Source: Chloroflexota bacterium
GTDB taxonomy: Bacteria > Chloroflexota > JAJPGV01
Direction of reading: 5' to 3'
Assembly (NCBI GenBank): GCA_050695655.1
Contig: JBOGTU010000005.1
Span: 15,637 to 79,636 of the forward strand
Length of the DNA stretch: 64,000 bases
Shown here: positions 9,174-18,980 of the stretch, piece by piece
Layout: the number at the start of each line of letters is the position of its first letter
Numbering within the stretch: the stretch's first letter is position 1
The notes under the pieces: model-generated
Told to the model about the DNA's origin: nothing
The model's database searches: none
The model's input: the letters and a program-made list of their open reading frames with translations, nothing else
Position numbers and translations under genes: made by a program

Positions 9174-10592
9174 ATGCCAGGCACGTTGCCCGCGGACGCA
9201 CCCCGCCTGCGCCTGGCGCCTTCGCCCACCGGCGACCTGCATGTGGGCGCGGCGTGGATGGCGCTGTTCGACCTGGCCTTTGCCCGGCGGCACGGCGGCC
9301 AATTTGTGATCCGCATCGAGGACACCGATCAAGCACGCGCCCAGGCGGATTCCGAGCAAAGCATGCTGGACTCGCTGCGCTGGCTGGGCCTGGACTGGGA
9401 TGAGGGGCCGGATAAGGGTGGGCCCTATGGCCCCTACCGGCAGAGTGAGCGCCTGGCCCGCTACGCCGCGTTTGCTCGCCAACTGGTAGAGCAGGGGCAC
9501 GCCTACTACTGCACCTGCACGCCGGAGCGGCTGGCAGCGCTGCGCCAGGCGCAGATGGCCAGCAAACAGCCGCCCAGCTATGACCGGCACTGCCGCGACC
9601 TGGGCCTGCGCCCCGGCGGCCCCGAACCATGCGTGATCCGTATGAAAGTGCCACTGGAGGGTGAAAGCGTCGCGCACGACCTGGTGCGCGGCGAACTGAG
9701 GCGCGCTTACAAGGACAGCGACGACCAGGTGATCCTCAAGGCCGACGGTTTCCCCACCTACCACCTGGCCGTGGTGGTGGATGACCACGAAATGCGCATC
9801 AGCCACGTGGTGCGGGGCGAGGAATGGATCTCCAGCCTACCCAAGCACCTGCTGCTGTACCAGTACCTTGGCTGGGAGCCGCCGCTGTTTGCCCACATGC
9901 CCCTGCTGCGCAACGCGGACAAGAGCAAGATCAGCAAGCGTAAGCACCACACCTCTCTGCAGTGGTATGAGCGCCAGGGCTATCTGCCCGAGGCCATGCT
10001 CAATTTCCTGGCGATGCTGGGCTGGTCCATGCCCGACGGCCGCGAGCTGTTCACCTTCGCGGACGTGGTGGAGCACTTCACGTTCGAGCGGGTGGTCACG
10101 TCGAGCCCCGTGTTCTCATTGGAGAAGCTGCAGTCCATCAACGGCCAGTACATCCGCGCGCTCGACCTTCCGGTCCTGGCTGAGCGCCTCATTGCGCGAC
10201 CGTATGTGCTGGCTCAGCTGCCGCTGGTGCGGGAACGCATGCGCACGCTGAACGATTTCCATCTGCTCACGGCGTTCTTTTATGAGGATGTGCTGACGTA
10301 CGAGCCGCGACTACTGGTGCCCAAAAAAGGAGCCCCGGCTGACGTACCGCCCTGGCTGACCGCCGTGCGCGATCTGCTGCGCGACTTCCGCCCCTGGCGG
10401 GCCGCCCCTCTGGAGGCGGCGCTGCGCGAGCTGGTAGCGGAGCATGGCTGGGCCACCGGCCAGGTATTCATGAGCGCGCGCGTGGCGCTCACTGCCTCCA
10501 CCCAGTCGCCCCCGCTCACGGAAACGATGGAGGTACTGGGCCGCGAGAAGACGCTGCAGCGGCTGGACGCCGCTCTCCAGGCGCTGGCCTAA
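9174..10592 (+). CDS. gltX: glutamate--tRNA ligase
   Basis: LAPSPTGDLHVGAA (HIGH-class motif) and KISKR (KMSKS), with overall GluRS architecture. Confidence 0.9.
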   Translation: MPGTLPADAPRLRLAPSPTGDLHVGAAWMALFDLAFARRHGGQFVIRIEDTDQARAQADSEQSMLDSLRWLGLDWDEGPDKGGPYGPYRQSERLARYAAFARQLVEQGHAYYCTCTPERLAALRQAQMASKQPPSYDRHCRDLGLRPGGPEPCVIRMKVPLEGESVAHDLVRGELRRAYKDSDDQVILKADGFPTYHLAVVVDDHEMRISHVVRGEEWISSLPKHLLLYQYLGWEPPLFAHMPLLRNADKSKISKRKHHTSLQWYERQGYLPEAMLNFLAMLGWSMPDGRELFTFADVVEHFTFERVVTSSPVFSLEKLQSINGQYIRALDLPVLAERLIARPYVLAQLPLVRERMRTLNDFHLLTAFFYEDVLTYEPRLLVPKKGAPADVPPWLTAVRDLLRDFRPWRAAPLEAALRELVAEHGWATGQVFMSARVALTASTQSPPLTETMEVLGREKTLQRLDAALQALA

Positions 10593-10907
10593 GACATCCC
10601 GCCGGGCGCGACTCGGCGATTCGTTTTCAGCACACGAGAGGCTCCTGGCCGGCAGCGAGGCAGCGCCGGGGATGCTGAGTTCGGCAGAGGGAGAAGTGGG
10701 TGCTGGCACCGTGGTTGACGCTGGCGCTGTACGCTACACTGACGCACTGAAAGGTTGTTGCCGGCTCCGCGGGGAGCGGTGGCGCCGGGGGGAGACAGCA
10801 CAGGTGTGGAGCGCAGTGGAGCGGTGGGTTGCCGGCAACCTTGTCCGGCGTCTGTTCGTTCCGGTTTGACGTAAGCGACTGAGCGCTATAGCCTAGGCGA
10901 AACTGCA

Positions 10908-12269
10908 GTGAAGATCACGTTCTGGGGCACGCGTGGGTCGATCGCCGTGCCCGGCCACGCCACCGCCACGTACGGCGGCAACACCTCCTGTGTAGAAGTG
11001 CGCATGGGCGGTGAGCTGTTCGTGTTGGACTGCGGCACGGGTATACGGGAGCTGGGGCACCATCTGCTGGCGGCGGGTGAACCGGTGAAAGCCAATGTGT
11101 TGCTGGGCCACTCCCATTGGGATCACATTCAGGGTTTTCCCTTTTTCGGCCCGCTGTTCGTGCCCGGCAATCAGTTCAACTTCTTTGGTCCGCAGGAGCA
11201 CAGCCAGCGCTTGAACGAGACGCTGGGCGGGCAGATGCAGTATCGCTACTTCCCGGTGGGCATGGATCAACTGGCGGCCACGCTGCACTATCAGGAGCTG
11301 CGCGAAGAGACAGTGAGCATTGGCCGCGTCGCGGTGAGCTCCCACTACCTCAACCACACCACCCTTACCCTCGCCTACAAGCTGCAGGTGGACGGCCGCA
11401 CGCTCATTTACGCCACGGACAGCGAGCCCTTCTCGCAGCAGCCACGGGCCTGGGCATCGTCCGACGACCGAACGTTTCTGCACCGGCGCGATGAGAAGCT
11501 GGTGGAGTTTTTCTCCGGTGCGGACACGTTGATCATGGACGCGCAGTACACCGCGCGGGAGTACCCGCAGAAGGTGGGTTGGGGCCACGGCACCGTGGAC
11601 TACACCATCGACATGGCCATCTCGGCGGGCGTGGGCACGCTGGTCCTGTTCCATCACGAGCCCACGCGGATCGACACCGCCATGGAGGTGCTGGAGCAGT
11701 TGGCGCAGAAGCGCATGCACGCAGAAGCACCCCAGGTAGAGGTGCTGGCCGCGCGCGAAGGCGTGACATTGGAGCTGGAAGATGTGGCCGGCCAGGCCAA
11801 CCCGGTTCACGAGCGCAGGCTGCCCGAGTTCCATCCTCGCGTACGCGTGGCCGTGGTGGGTTCGGCCGACTTCGCCAGCGTCGCCTCGAAAACGCTGGCG
11901 CAGGACCACTATGACATTGTGGCGGTGGAGCACATGGCGGCGCTGGAGAGCGGCGAATTCGCCGATTACCAGCCGCACCTGGTGCTGCTGCGCCAGCCGG
12001 ACGGCAGCTGGAACCACGCCACGCACCAGTTCCTGCGCAACGAAAGGCGCCGCCACGTACCGGTGCTGGTGGTTGTGCCGGACGGTCGCTTTGAGGCAGC
12101 CCAGCAGGCTTTTGACGAGGGCGCGGCGGATGTGCTTATGGAGCCGTTTGCCGGTACCCAGCTGCACTCGCGCGTGGATTCGTGGCTGCTGCGCGCCGGC
12201 GTAGCGGTGGACCGCCGCATCCGCGGCCGTCGTGCCGAAGGCGAACCGGAGACTGCCCCCGCCGCGTAA
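10908..12269 (+). CDS. MBL-fold metallo-hydrolase fused to a degenerate (pseudo) receiver domain
   Basis: N-terminus MKITFWGTRGS...LLGHSHWDHIQGFPFF (HxHxDH beta-lactamase fold). C-terminal ~120 aa are REC-like but lack the phospho-acceptor and acidic pocket (VAVVGSADF, HLVLLRQPDG, VLVVVPDG, LMEPF). Confidence 0.75.
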   Translation: MKITFWGTRGSIAVPGHATATYGGNTSCVEVRMGGELFVLDCGTGIRELGHHLLAAGEPVKANVLLGHSHWDHIQGFPFFGPLFVPGNQFNFFGPQEHSQRLNETLGGQMQYRYFPVGMDQLAATLHYQELREETVSIGRVAVSSHYLNHTTLTLAYKLQVDGRTLIYATDSEPFSQQPRAWASSDDRTFLHRRDEKLVEFFSGADTLIMDAQYTAREYPQKVGWGHGTVDYTIDMAISAGVGTLVLFHHEPTRIDTAMEVLEQLAQKRMHAEAPQVEVLAAREGVTLELEDVAGQANPVHERRLPEFHPRVRVAVVGSADFASVASKTLAQDHYDIVAVEHMAALESGEFADYQPHLVLLRQPDGSWNHATHQFLRNERRRHVPVLVVVPDGRFEAAQQAFDEGAADVLMEPFAGTQLHSRVDSWLLRAGVAVDRRIRGRRAEGEPETAPAA

Positions 12270-12415
12270 CTTCTGCGCGACCCGCGAATTCCGGTGGGTT
12301 TGTCCACGTCGCAATAGCCGTGCCAAAAGGTTGGCCTGTTCGATACAAATGTCAGACGGGGCCTTGCCGCTTTCGGCCCAAGATGCGCGGCGAGGCTGGC
12401 GCATAGAATAGAGCC

Positions 12416-13612
12416 ATGGCTGAGCGTTCGCTTGCGGGCAATGTGAACGCCCAGCCTGAGGCCCTGCCGCACCAGCAGTTGACGGCCATTTTAGGCGGCG
12501 TTTCGCACGGCATCATCGGCGTGGGTCTCTCGGGGCACATTCTCTTTGCCAACCAGGCGGCCGCGAATCTGCACGGGTACCCAAGTCCCGACGAGATGAA
12601 CGGGCTGGAGGCAGGGCCACTGCTCGCGGCGCTGCGGCCAGCGGACGAAGCTGGCGAGCTCCTGGCCTGGCAGGCGCTGCCGCTCCAACGGGCGCTGGAG
12701 AGCGAGCAAGCCCAGCAGCGGCTGGTTCGATTGCCGGCCCGCGCTGATGGCCCCGAGCGTTGGATCATGCTCAAAGCGCAGCCCACCCAGGGCGTGCGGG
12801 CAGGTACCCGCATGGTGGTGCTGGTTCTGCAGGACGTGACCGCGCTGAAACTGGCCGAGCAGGAACGCGACGCCTGGATGCAAACACTGGCGCATGACCT
12901 CAAAACACCCCTCACTGCCATCCGCGGGTACGCGCAGCTGGCCGTGCGCAACGTCACGGCACGAGACCGGCAAGGCGCCCTCAACGACCTGGAGCGCGTG
13001 GTTCAGGCGAGCGACCGGCTGACTAAGATGGTGGAGCAGCTGGGCGACTTGACGCGCATCCAAACGCAGGGTGGCCTGCAGCTGCACGTCCGCCCATGCA
13101 ACATGGTGCACCTGGTGCAGCGGGCGGTGGAGCTGGCGCAGGCTTCCACCACCCTGCACCGGCTGCAGCTGGAGCTGCTGGTGGACAACCTGATCATCCC
13201 AGCCGATGCCGAGCGGCTGGAGCGTGTGTTTGAGAATCTGCTCAGCAACGCCATTAAGTACAGCCCGGAGGGCGGCGACATCTCCGTGCGGGCCGGCCAG
13301 AACGAGCCTGGGCTGGCTTACGCCTCCATCACTGATGCTGGCATCGGCATTTCGCAGGAGGACATGGCGCGGATTTTCGTGCGCTTCGGCCGTGGCCGCA
13401 ACGTTGGGCAGATCGACGGCAGCGGCATTGGCCTGAGCTTCTGCCAGGCCGTTGTACAGGCCCACGGCGGGCAGATCCACTTGGAGAGCCAGCCCTCCAA
13501 GGGCACCCGCGTCACCGTGCGCTTCCCCCTGCTGGCGCCTGCGTCCGTGGGCGACGCTGTGTCCGACGGCGCGCCCTGGGAGCGTTTCCACCTGCCTTTG
13601 GCCAGCGACTGA
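12416..13612 (+). CDS. PAS-domain sensor histidine kinase
   Basis: PAS-like N-terminus. H-box HDLKTPLTAIRGYAQL. HATPase_c region: NLLSNAIKYS...GIGLSFCQAVVQAHGGQIHLESQPSKGTRVTVRFPL. Confidence 0.85.
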   Translation: MAERSLAGNVNAQPEALPHQQLTAILGGVSHGIIGVGLSGHILFANQAAANLHGYPSPDEMNGLEAGPLLAALRPADEAGELLAWQALPLQRALESEQAQQRLVRLPARADGPERWIMLKAQPTQGVRAGTRMVVLVLQDVTALKLAEQERDAWMQTLAHDLKTPLTAIRGYAQLAVRNVTARDRQGALNDLERVVQASDRLTKMVEQLGDLTRIQTQGGLQLHVRPCNMVHLVQRAVELAQASTTLHRLQLELLVDNLIIPADAERLERVFENLLSNAIKYSPEGGDISVRAGQNEPGLAYASITDAGIGISQEDMARIFVRFGRGRNVGQIDGSGIGLSFCQAVVQAHGGQIHLESQPSKGTRVTVRFPLLAPASVGDAVSDGAPWERFHLPLASD

Positions 13613-13627
13613 GGCGCTCCGCCCCTT

Positions 13628-15574
13628 TCAGTTCGCCGGGATCACCCGTTCACTGCCCAGCACCGTAACCTGCTGCCCGGCCAGCGTGGGGATACTGGCG
13701 CCGTTGCGATAGTCGTACACACCCAGCTGCAGCGCGTACGTGCCCGGCTTGGCCGCGCCGGGAATGCGTATGACCCAATCGTCCGGAATCACTTCACCCG
13801 GTTGCCACAGGTGCGGCAGCAATCCCACGCCTTGGCCTGGCCCGTGGTCCCGATCGTGGATCACCTGGCCAGCGGAATCCGCCAGGCGCACGAAGGCCGA
13901 GTAATCGAAATCCGGCCGCGTGAGCACATCCGGCGGCGGGAGGATGCGCAGCGTGCGCAACGCGTTCGGCGGAGCATCCCGCAGCACCAGAGGATACGAC
14001 GGCACTGTGTAGGACGACGCCCAGAAGAGCCGCAGCCGCAGCGTGCCACCGGCCGGCACCTGGGCGGGGCCGGCACGATTCCAGCCAACCAGCTCCATGG
14101 CGTGCTCGAAGACTACCGCTTGCGGGTGCTGCACGCCGGCTGACGCGGCGTCGCCATAGACCGCTGCCGTTGCGCCGAAGCTGTGCGCCACCGCCAGCAG
14201 CCCTGCCCCAACCGTCACAGCGGCCAGCCCGCTGGCGCAGGCGCTCGCCACGCGGTTCAGCCCGCGCGGAAGGCTGGCCAAGCCCAGTGCCAGGAACACC
14301 GCGCAGGACGTGAGGGCCGGCAGAATGAAGCGCGCGTGAGCCGTGGCGCCGTCGTCCAACTGCACGCCGTGCCACAGCACCACCGCTGCCAGGCTGCCGG
14401 CCAGGGCGAGCGCCAGCAGGAGCAGCCCGCCGGCTCGCGGCGAAGTGATGAGCTTGCTCGCGTTGAGGCGTGGGTGCCGCGCCAGCCTCAGCAGCAGGCC
14501 GAGCAGCGCGAGGGCCGCCACCGCTTTGAGGGGCAGGTAGAACGCATCCGGCAGCCGAACAATCTCCCAGCCGAAGGAGCCCCAATACGTTTGGAACACC
14601 TCTTGCCACACGCCCCACGCGTAGCCGGGCGTCAGCTCGTGCAGGGCCATGGGCACATTGGCCGCGTAATGTGCCAGGAAGCCGTCGGCGGCGCTGGGCC
14701 GGACGAAGTACCAGCCGGCGACAGCGGCCACTCCAGCGGCACAGCCAGCCAGCCGCGCAACGCAGCGCCACGCACAGCCAGGCCGCTTCACTGCCCGCTC
14801 GCGCAGCGCGAGGATCAGCGCCGCCACCACTGGCAGCGGCAGCAGCACTGCCGTGTTCGTTTTGGCCAGCAGCGCCAGGCCCAAGCTCGCGCCGACGGCC
14901 ACAAACCAGCCGGCCAATCGCTGCTCGGTGTACAGTACGCGCACCAGCAGCGCCAGCGCCAGGGCTGAGGTGAGAGCGGCGGCGTTGTCGTTATCAATAC
15001 TGGCGCTGGAGAGGAGGAACACGGGCGTGAGGCCCGCCAGCAGCGCCGCGAACAGCCCCAGCCTAACTCCCAGCAGGCGCCGCGCCGTGAGCCAGATGAG
15101 CGCCAGCGTGAGCGTGCCCATCATCACGGATACGGCCCGCATGATGTGCGCTCCCAGCACCATGCCGTGATAGGGCCAGGCTTCGGTGAGGGTGTGCACG
15201 GCCACCGCGTTTCGGTTGGGGTGATCCGGCCAGGTGAAGTACGGGTTGCGCACCCAGGATACATTCCGCGTCAGATCGATGCCGGCCACGAACGGTGCTT
15301 CGAGCGCGTAGTAGAGGGGCGGCTGAAACAGCTCGTTGGGCGGCCGGTCCACCAGCGAGGGCAGCAGCTCGCCGCCGCTGGGCAGCGTATGCCGCTCGGC
15401 CAGGAACTTGACATATTGGAAGTGCTCCGGCTCATCCAGCGCCTCCCACAGCGGATTGATCACGCTGAAGGCCAGGCCCAGCACAAAGAAGCCCGCCAGC
15501 AGCAGCGCGGGCAGCGCGCGTGAGGTCAGCCGAGGCACACGCCAGCGGCAGCCGCGCCACGCACGCTGCTCCAA
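13628..15574 (-). CDS. GT-C fold (family 39/ArnT-PMT-like) integral membrane glycosyltransferase-like protein with extracytoplasmic C-terminal domain
   Basis: Polytopic membrane N-terminus with DEPEH motif in the first loop (LWEALDEPEHFQYVKFL). The C-terminal ~130-aa soluble domain is homologous to repeats in the neighbouring 1080-aa protein. Confidence 0.6.
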   Translation of the reverse strand: MEQRAWRGCRWRVPRLTSRALPALLLAGFFVLGLAFSVINPLWEALDEPEHFQYVKFLAERHTLPSGGELLPSLVDRPPNELFQPPLYYALEAPFVAGIDLTRNVSWVRNPYFTWPDHPNRNAVAVHTLTEAWPYHGMVLGAHIMRAVSVMMGTLTLALIWLTARRLLGVRLGLFAALLAGLTPVFLLSSASIDNDNAAALTSALALALLVRVLYTEQRLAGWFVAVGASLGLALLAKTNTAVLLPLPVVAALILALRERAVKRPGCAWRCVARLAGCAAGVAAVAGWYFVRPSAADGFLAHYAANVPMALHELTPGYAWGVWQEVFQTYWGSFGWEIVRLPDAFYLPLKAVAALALLGLLLRLARHPRLNASKLITSPRAGGLLLLALALAGSLAAVVLWHGVQLDDGATAHARFILPALTSCAVFLALGLASLPRGLNRVASACASGLAAVTVGAGLLAVAHSFGATAAVYGDAASAGVQHPQAVVFEHAMELVGWNRAGPAQVPAGGTLRLRLFWASSYTVPSYPLVLRDAPPNALRTLRILPPPDVLTRPDFDYSAFVRLADSAGQVIHDRDHGPGQGVGLLPHLWQPGEVIPDDWVIRIPGAAKPGTYALQLGVYDYRNGASIPTLAGQQVTVLGSERVIPAN

Positions 15575-15679
15575 CTGCCTTTCAACACCACCATGCTGTC
15601 GGCCTACACTCTAGCCGCTTTGTGCCGCCGTTTGGACGCCAATAGCATAGCTGCCGGGCGCTGAGAGAAACCGGAACTC

Positions 15680-18600
15680 CTACCCCGAGTGCGCTGCCTT
15701 GGCCGTGCTGGTGACGGCGATTGTGAAATGGTCCTCGGCGCCCATAGGCATCCGTTGACCGGTGGCCTGGTTGTACAGGCCGATCTGAAGCGACACGACA
15801 CTCGCCGACGGCAGAGTGAATTCGTCAGTGAGATATTCGCCGGGCAGCCAGCTGGAGGTGGGACGGCCAGCAGTGCCCGGCGGCCGGTCGGATTGCCATA
15901 TGATGCCGCCCGCGGTATCGAGCGCATGCACGAATTCGGTGGCGTCCGCCGCCGGTGTTTGAAGCGCCTGCCACACCAGACGCAGCCGCAATTGCGCGCC
16001 ATCGCTCTGCAACTGGTAACCAACCAATCGAGCGACGCCACCGGCGGTCACGTCAGCGGGGGTGAGATTGCCCGGTGGCAGGGTCATCTGCCGGCTAAGC
16101 GCATGAACGGTGAGCCGCAGCGGCAGCGAGAGCCATGCACCCGTGGCCGAAGCTATTAAAACGCGGGCGGGACCAGGTGGAAAGGCTGCTGGAACGGCGC
16201 AGGCGACGGGCGTGGTTGCCAGGGTGCCGGCCGGCCAGCCCTGGCCCACAGCCACCTGGCAGGCGGCCATCGCCCCGGTCGCTGAGGCCAGCCGCAGGCG
16301 CACAGTCCGGCCCGCGGCAGTGTGGCCGGTCGCGTACCAGGTGAGGCGGAGCCTGGCGGCCTCACCCTGCTGGGCCGATGCCGCGGTGGCGGACACCAGC
16401 TCAATGCTGGGCAGCCGCAGCAGCGCGCGAGCTGGCGGAGCCGTGGTGCGCGCCGCGACCTCCAGTTTGCCGGCGGGCAGGCTGGGCCGGTCCGGGTAGG
16501 CCAGCAGCAGCCGGTATGCACCAGGCGGTGCATCGGCGGGGAGCGGCAGCTCCCGCCGGTCGGTGAAGCTGACGCCACTGCTCCAGAAGGCGCTGGGCGG
16601 GATCAATGGGAAAGGTGCGTCGTTCTGAGCCCACAGGTTCCCGGCAGCGTCCACCAGGTGCAGCGAAGGGTTGGCCGGCTGATGTTTGGCATGAACTGTC
16701 CAGGCCAGGTCCACGGGAATGGCCGCCCCCTGTGTCGCGCTGGCGAAGACACGCACCCGCAGCTCAGGTGTGCCCGGGAGCGAGGGCGCCGGTAGGCTTC
16801 CCAGAAAGAGCGCGCCAATCTGCACGTGCTGAACCAAGGGGTACATGTACATGCGCCGCGCGGACGTGGGCATAAGCAACGAACCGTGGGTGTCGAACAG
16901 ATCGATCTGCACAAAGTAGGCATCAAAAGGCATGCCCACGGGCAGGGTGAGGGCGAACTCCTGCTGGCTGCCCGGCCCAGTTGCCTCAGCCCAGGGATGG
17001 CCCGAGCTGCCTGCGAGCACTCGCACAGTGCTGCCGGCTGGCGGTACCGCGCCCCAATGCAGCCGTGCTCGAATGGTCGTCGGCGATACCTGCATAACCT
17101 GGGCGCTCGTCAGCTCGGCCGGCCCGTACTGCACGTTCAGAGGGCGGATGCTCCTCGGAGCTGCGCCCAGCTCTGTCCCCACGCCTACCAGGGCCAGAGG
17201 CAGGAGCACCGCGGCCAATGGCAGGCCGGCCGCCAGTGCGAGCCGGGGCACAGGCTGGCTGGGCCAGCCGAGGATCAGCGTGAGCAGGCAGCACACCAGG
17301 CTGAGGGCTAAGGCCACCTGGCGAACGAGTGTGCTGCCGAGCCACACCACGACGTGCGACGTTCCGGCTGGGATGGCTACTTGCAGTAAACCGGAGTTGG
17401 CTTCGGCAAAGACGCGGGCCGGCTGCCCGTTGATGGTGGCCTGCCAGCCGGTCCAATACAGCCGCTCCATGCGCACGGTGAACGGCCGTGAGCTTTGTAA
17501 GTTGACGGTGTCTCGAAGGCTCGTGCGCTGCTGATCGACAACGCGGGCAAATGGTGGCAGCTCGCCGGGCAGCACGGCCAGCGGCGAGTGGCCGAGCGCA
17601 ATGGGCAGAAGCTCTGGCGACCAGTCCAGTGTGGTTGTCGCTGCCACCGGGAGGAAGTGCCGCAGATAGTCGCCGCCCGATACCCGCTCGTGGGCCAGCG
17701 CGTCCGCCAGGGTGAGGTGTGCCGGCATGTTGAGATAGCGCAGGTTGGTAAGGCCAGCTCCGCCCGCCAGCCCCACGAACAGCACCAACGGGCCGGCTAG
17801 CCCGAGCTGCGCCCCCCGTGGCAAACGAGAGACGCCGGCGCCTACCGTCAGCGCGCCAAAGAAGCCGGCCAGGCTGAGCAGCCTGATGGGCTGCTGAACG
17901 AATGCCGCGCCCGGAAAGATGCTCCACAGCGGCGCCGACCAGTGCGTGTTCAGGAATAGTGCGCTGGCGGTCGCCAGCCCGAACAGGAGCCCGAGTCCAC
18001 GCGTCCAGCCATCCGATCGCCAGGCCAGGGCCAGGCCCGCCATGGCCGCGGCAATGAGTGCCGTTTGCACCAGGCCCATCTGGGCCGGGCCAAAGCGATT
18101 GGTGAAGACCACACCGTTGTAGGCGTGCAGCACGCGACTCGAGACGAGCTCTGTCAGCCGCACGAAATTCTGGCGGTAGTCCTGCCCGGGCTCCGTATGG
18201 AAGCGCGTGAGCTGCACGCTCGCGGCGTCGGCAAACACCGGCAGCCAGTACACGGCCGACACGCCGAGCCCCAGCACCGCCGCGCCGCAGGCCGCCATGG
18301 CTCGTTGAGCCCAGCCGGCGCGGTAGCGCACAAGCAGCACCAGGCAGTAGGCTGCCAGGAAGGGTGATGCCACCAGAAACGTCACATTATGCGCCAGCAG
18401 CAGTCCGCCGTAAGCCAGGGCCGCGGCCCCGAAGCGCCGCCGGCTGGGCCGCGCGATGAGCCGGTGAAAGGCCCAGAACACCAACGGCAGCAGGGGCAGC
18501 GCCAGCGTTTGGCTGAAGTCACCGCTCTGGTACAGGTTGTACAGCAGGTACGGCGCGTACACGGACAGGGTGCCCGCCACCAACCCCGCGGCCGTGCCGA

Positions 18601-18922
18601 AGAGTTCGCGGACGTACAGAAAAGTGAACAGCGAGCAGCAGATGACCGCCAGTGCCATGGTCATCTTGAGCGCGGCGAGGGGCGAGGCGCCGGCCAGATG
18701 GAACAGCTCCGCCAGGTAGTCCTGAAGGACGGGGTAAAAGTTGAACATGGGTGAACCGAGGCCCCCATCCGCCACGGGCGCCCAGCGTGGGTAGAGGTTG
18801 GTCCAACTGAAGACTGTGCTCCACTGCAGGAAGAAGTAGAGGTGGTACAGCCCATCGGCGGCGGACCAGAAGCCGGGCTGCATCATGGGGATGGTCGCGG
18901 GAATGGCCATTAGGGCGGCCAA
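15680..18922 (-). CDS. large (1080 aa) polytopic membrane protein, YfhO/ArnT-like GT-C superfamily candidate, with >=3 C-terminal repeated ~100-aa domains
   Basis: N-terminal region HLYFFLQWSTVFSWTNLYPRWAPV...FNFYPVLQDYL followed by many TM helices. The C-terminal ~450 aa contain repeated LRxRxxW...HxxDxxGxxxxQxDxPP...W.PG...D...LP...Y.L.LG.Y modules shared with gene 13628-15574. Confidence 0.6.
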   Translation of the reverse strand: MAALMAIPATIPMMQPGFWSAADGLYHLYFFLQWSTVFSWTNLYPRWAPVADGGLGSPMFNFYPVLQDYLAELFHLAGASPLAALKMTMALAVICCSLFTFLYVRELFGTAAGLVAGTLSVYAPYLLYNLYQSGDFSQTLALPLLPLVFWAFHRLIARPSRRRFGAAALAYGGLLLAHNVTFLVASPFLAAYCLVLLVRYRAGWAQRAMAACGAAVLGLGVSAVYWLPVFADAASVQLTRFHTEPGQDYRQNFVRLTELVSSRVLHAYNGVVFTNRFGPAQMGLVQTALIAAAMAGLALAWRSDGWTRGLGLLFGLATASALFLNTHWSAPLWSIFPGAAFVQQPIRLLSLAGFFGALTVGAGVSRLPRGAQLGLAGPLVLFVGLAGGAGLTNLRYLNMPAHLTLADALAHERVSGGDYLRHFLPVAATTTLDWSPELLPIALGHSPLAVLPGELPPFARVVDQQRTSLRDTVNLQSSRPFTVRMERLYWTGWQATINGQPARVFAEANSGLLQVAIPAGTSHVVVWLGSTLVRQVALALSLVCCLLTLILGWPSQPVPRLALAAGLPLAAVLLPLALVGVGTELGAAPRSIRPLNVQYGPAELTSAQVMQVSPTTIRARLHWGAVPPAGSTVRVLAGSSGHPWAEATGPGSQQEFALTLPVGMPFDAYFVQIDLFDTHGSLLMPTSARRMYMYPLVQHVQIGALFLGSLPAPSLPGTPELRVRVFASATQGAAIPVDLAWTVHAKHQPANPSLHLVDAAGNLWAQNDAPFPLIPPSAFWSSGVSFTDRRELPLPADAPPGAYRLLLAYPDRPSLPAGKLEVAARTTAPPARALLRLPSIELVSATAASAQQGEAARLRLTWYATGHTAAGRTVRLRLASATGAMAACQVAVGQGWPAGTLATTPVACAVPAAFPPGPARVLIASATGAWLSLPLRLTVHALSRQMTLPPGNLTPADVTAGGVARLVGYQLQSDGAQLRLRLVWQALQTPAADATEFVHALDTAGGIIWQSDRPPGTAGRPTSSWLPGEYLTDEFTLPSASVVSLQIGLYNQATGQRMPMGAEDHFTIAVTSTAKAAHSG

Positions 18923-18980
18923 CGCGGTTCCAGCCGCTGGGGTGTGAAGGAGCTTGGTGGCTCGCCTCAGGGAAGCGTGC

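Noticed and set aside
10593-10907. tRNA or riboswitch in the gltX-MBL intergenic region
   Set aside because: No cloverleaf-compatible sequence (no T-loop GTTCRANNC, no CCA-proximal acceptor pairing) and no recognisable riboswitch motif by eye. Cannot exclude a novel RNA.
10893-12404. 503-aa minus-strand ORF
   Set aside because: Fully overlaps the well-supported MBL-fold gene on the opposite strand. Low-complexity composition.
12491-13591. 366-aa minus-strand ORF
   Set aside because: Antisense to the histidine kinase gene, which has clear H-box and HATPase motifs.
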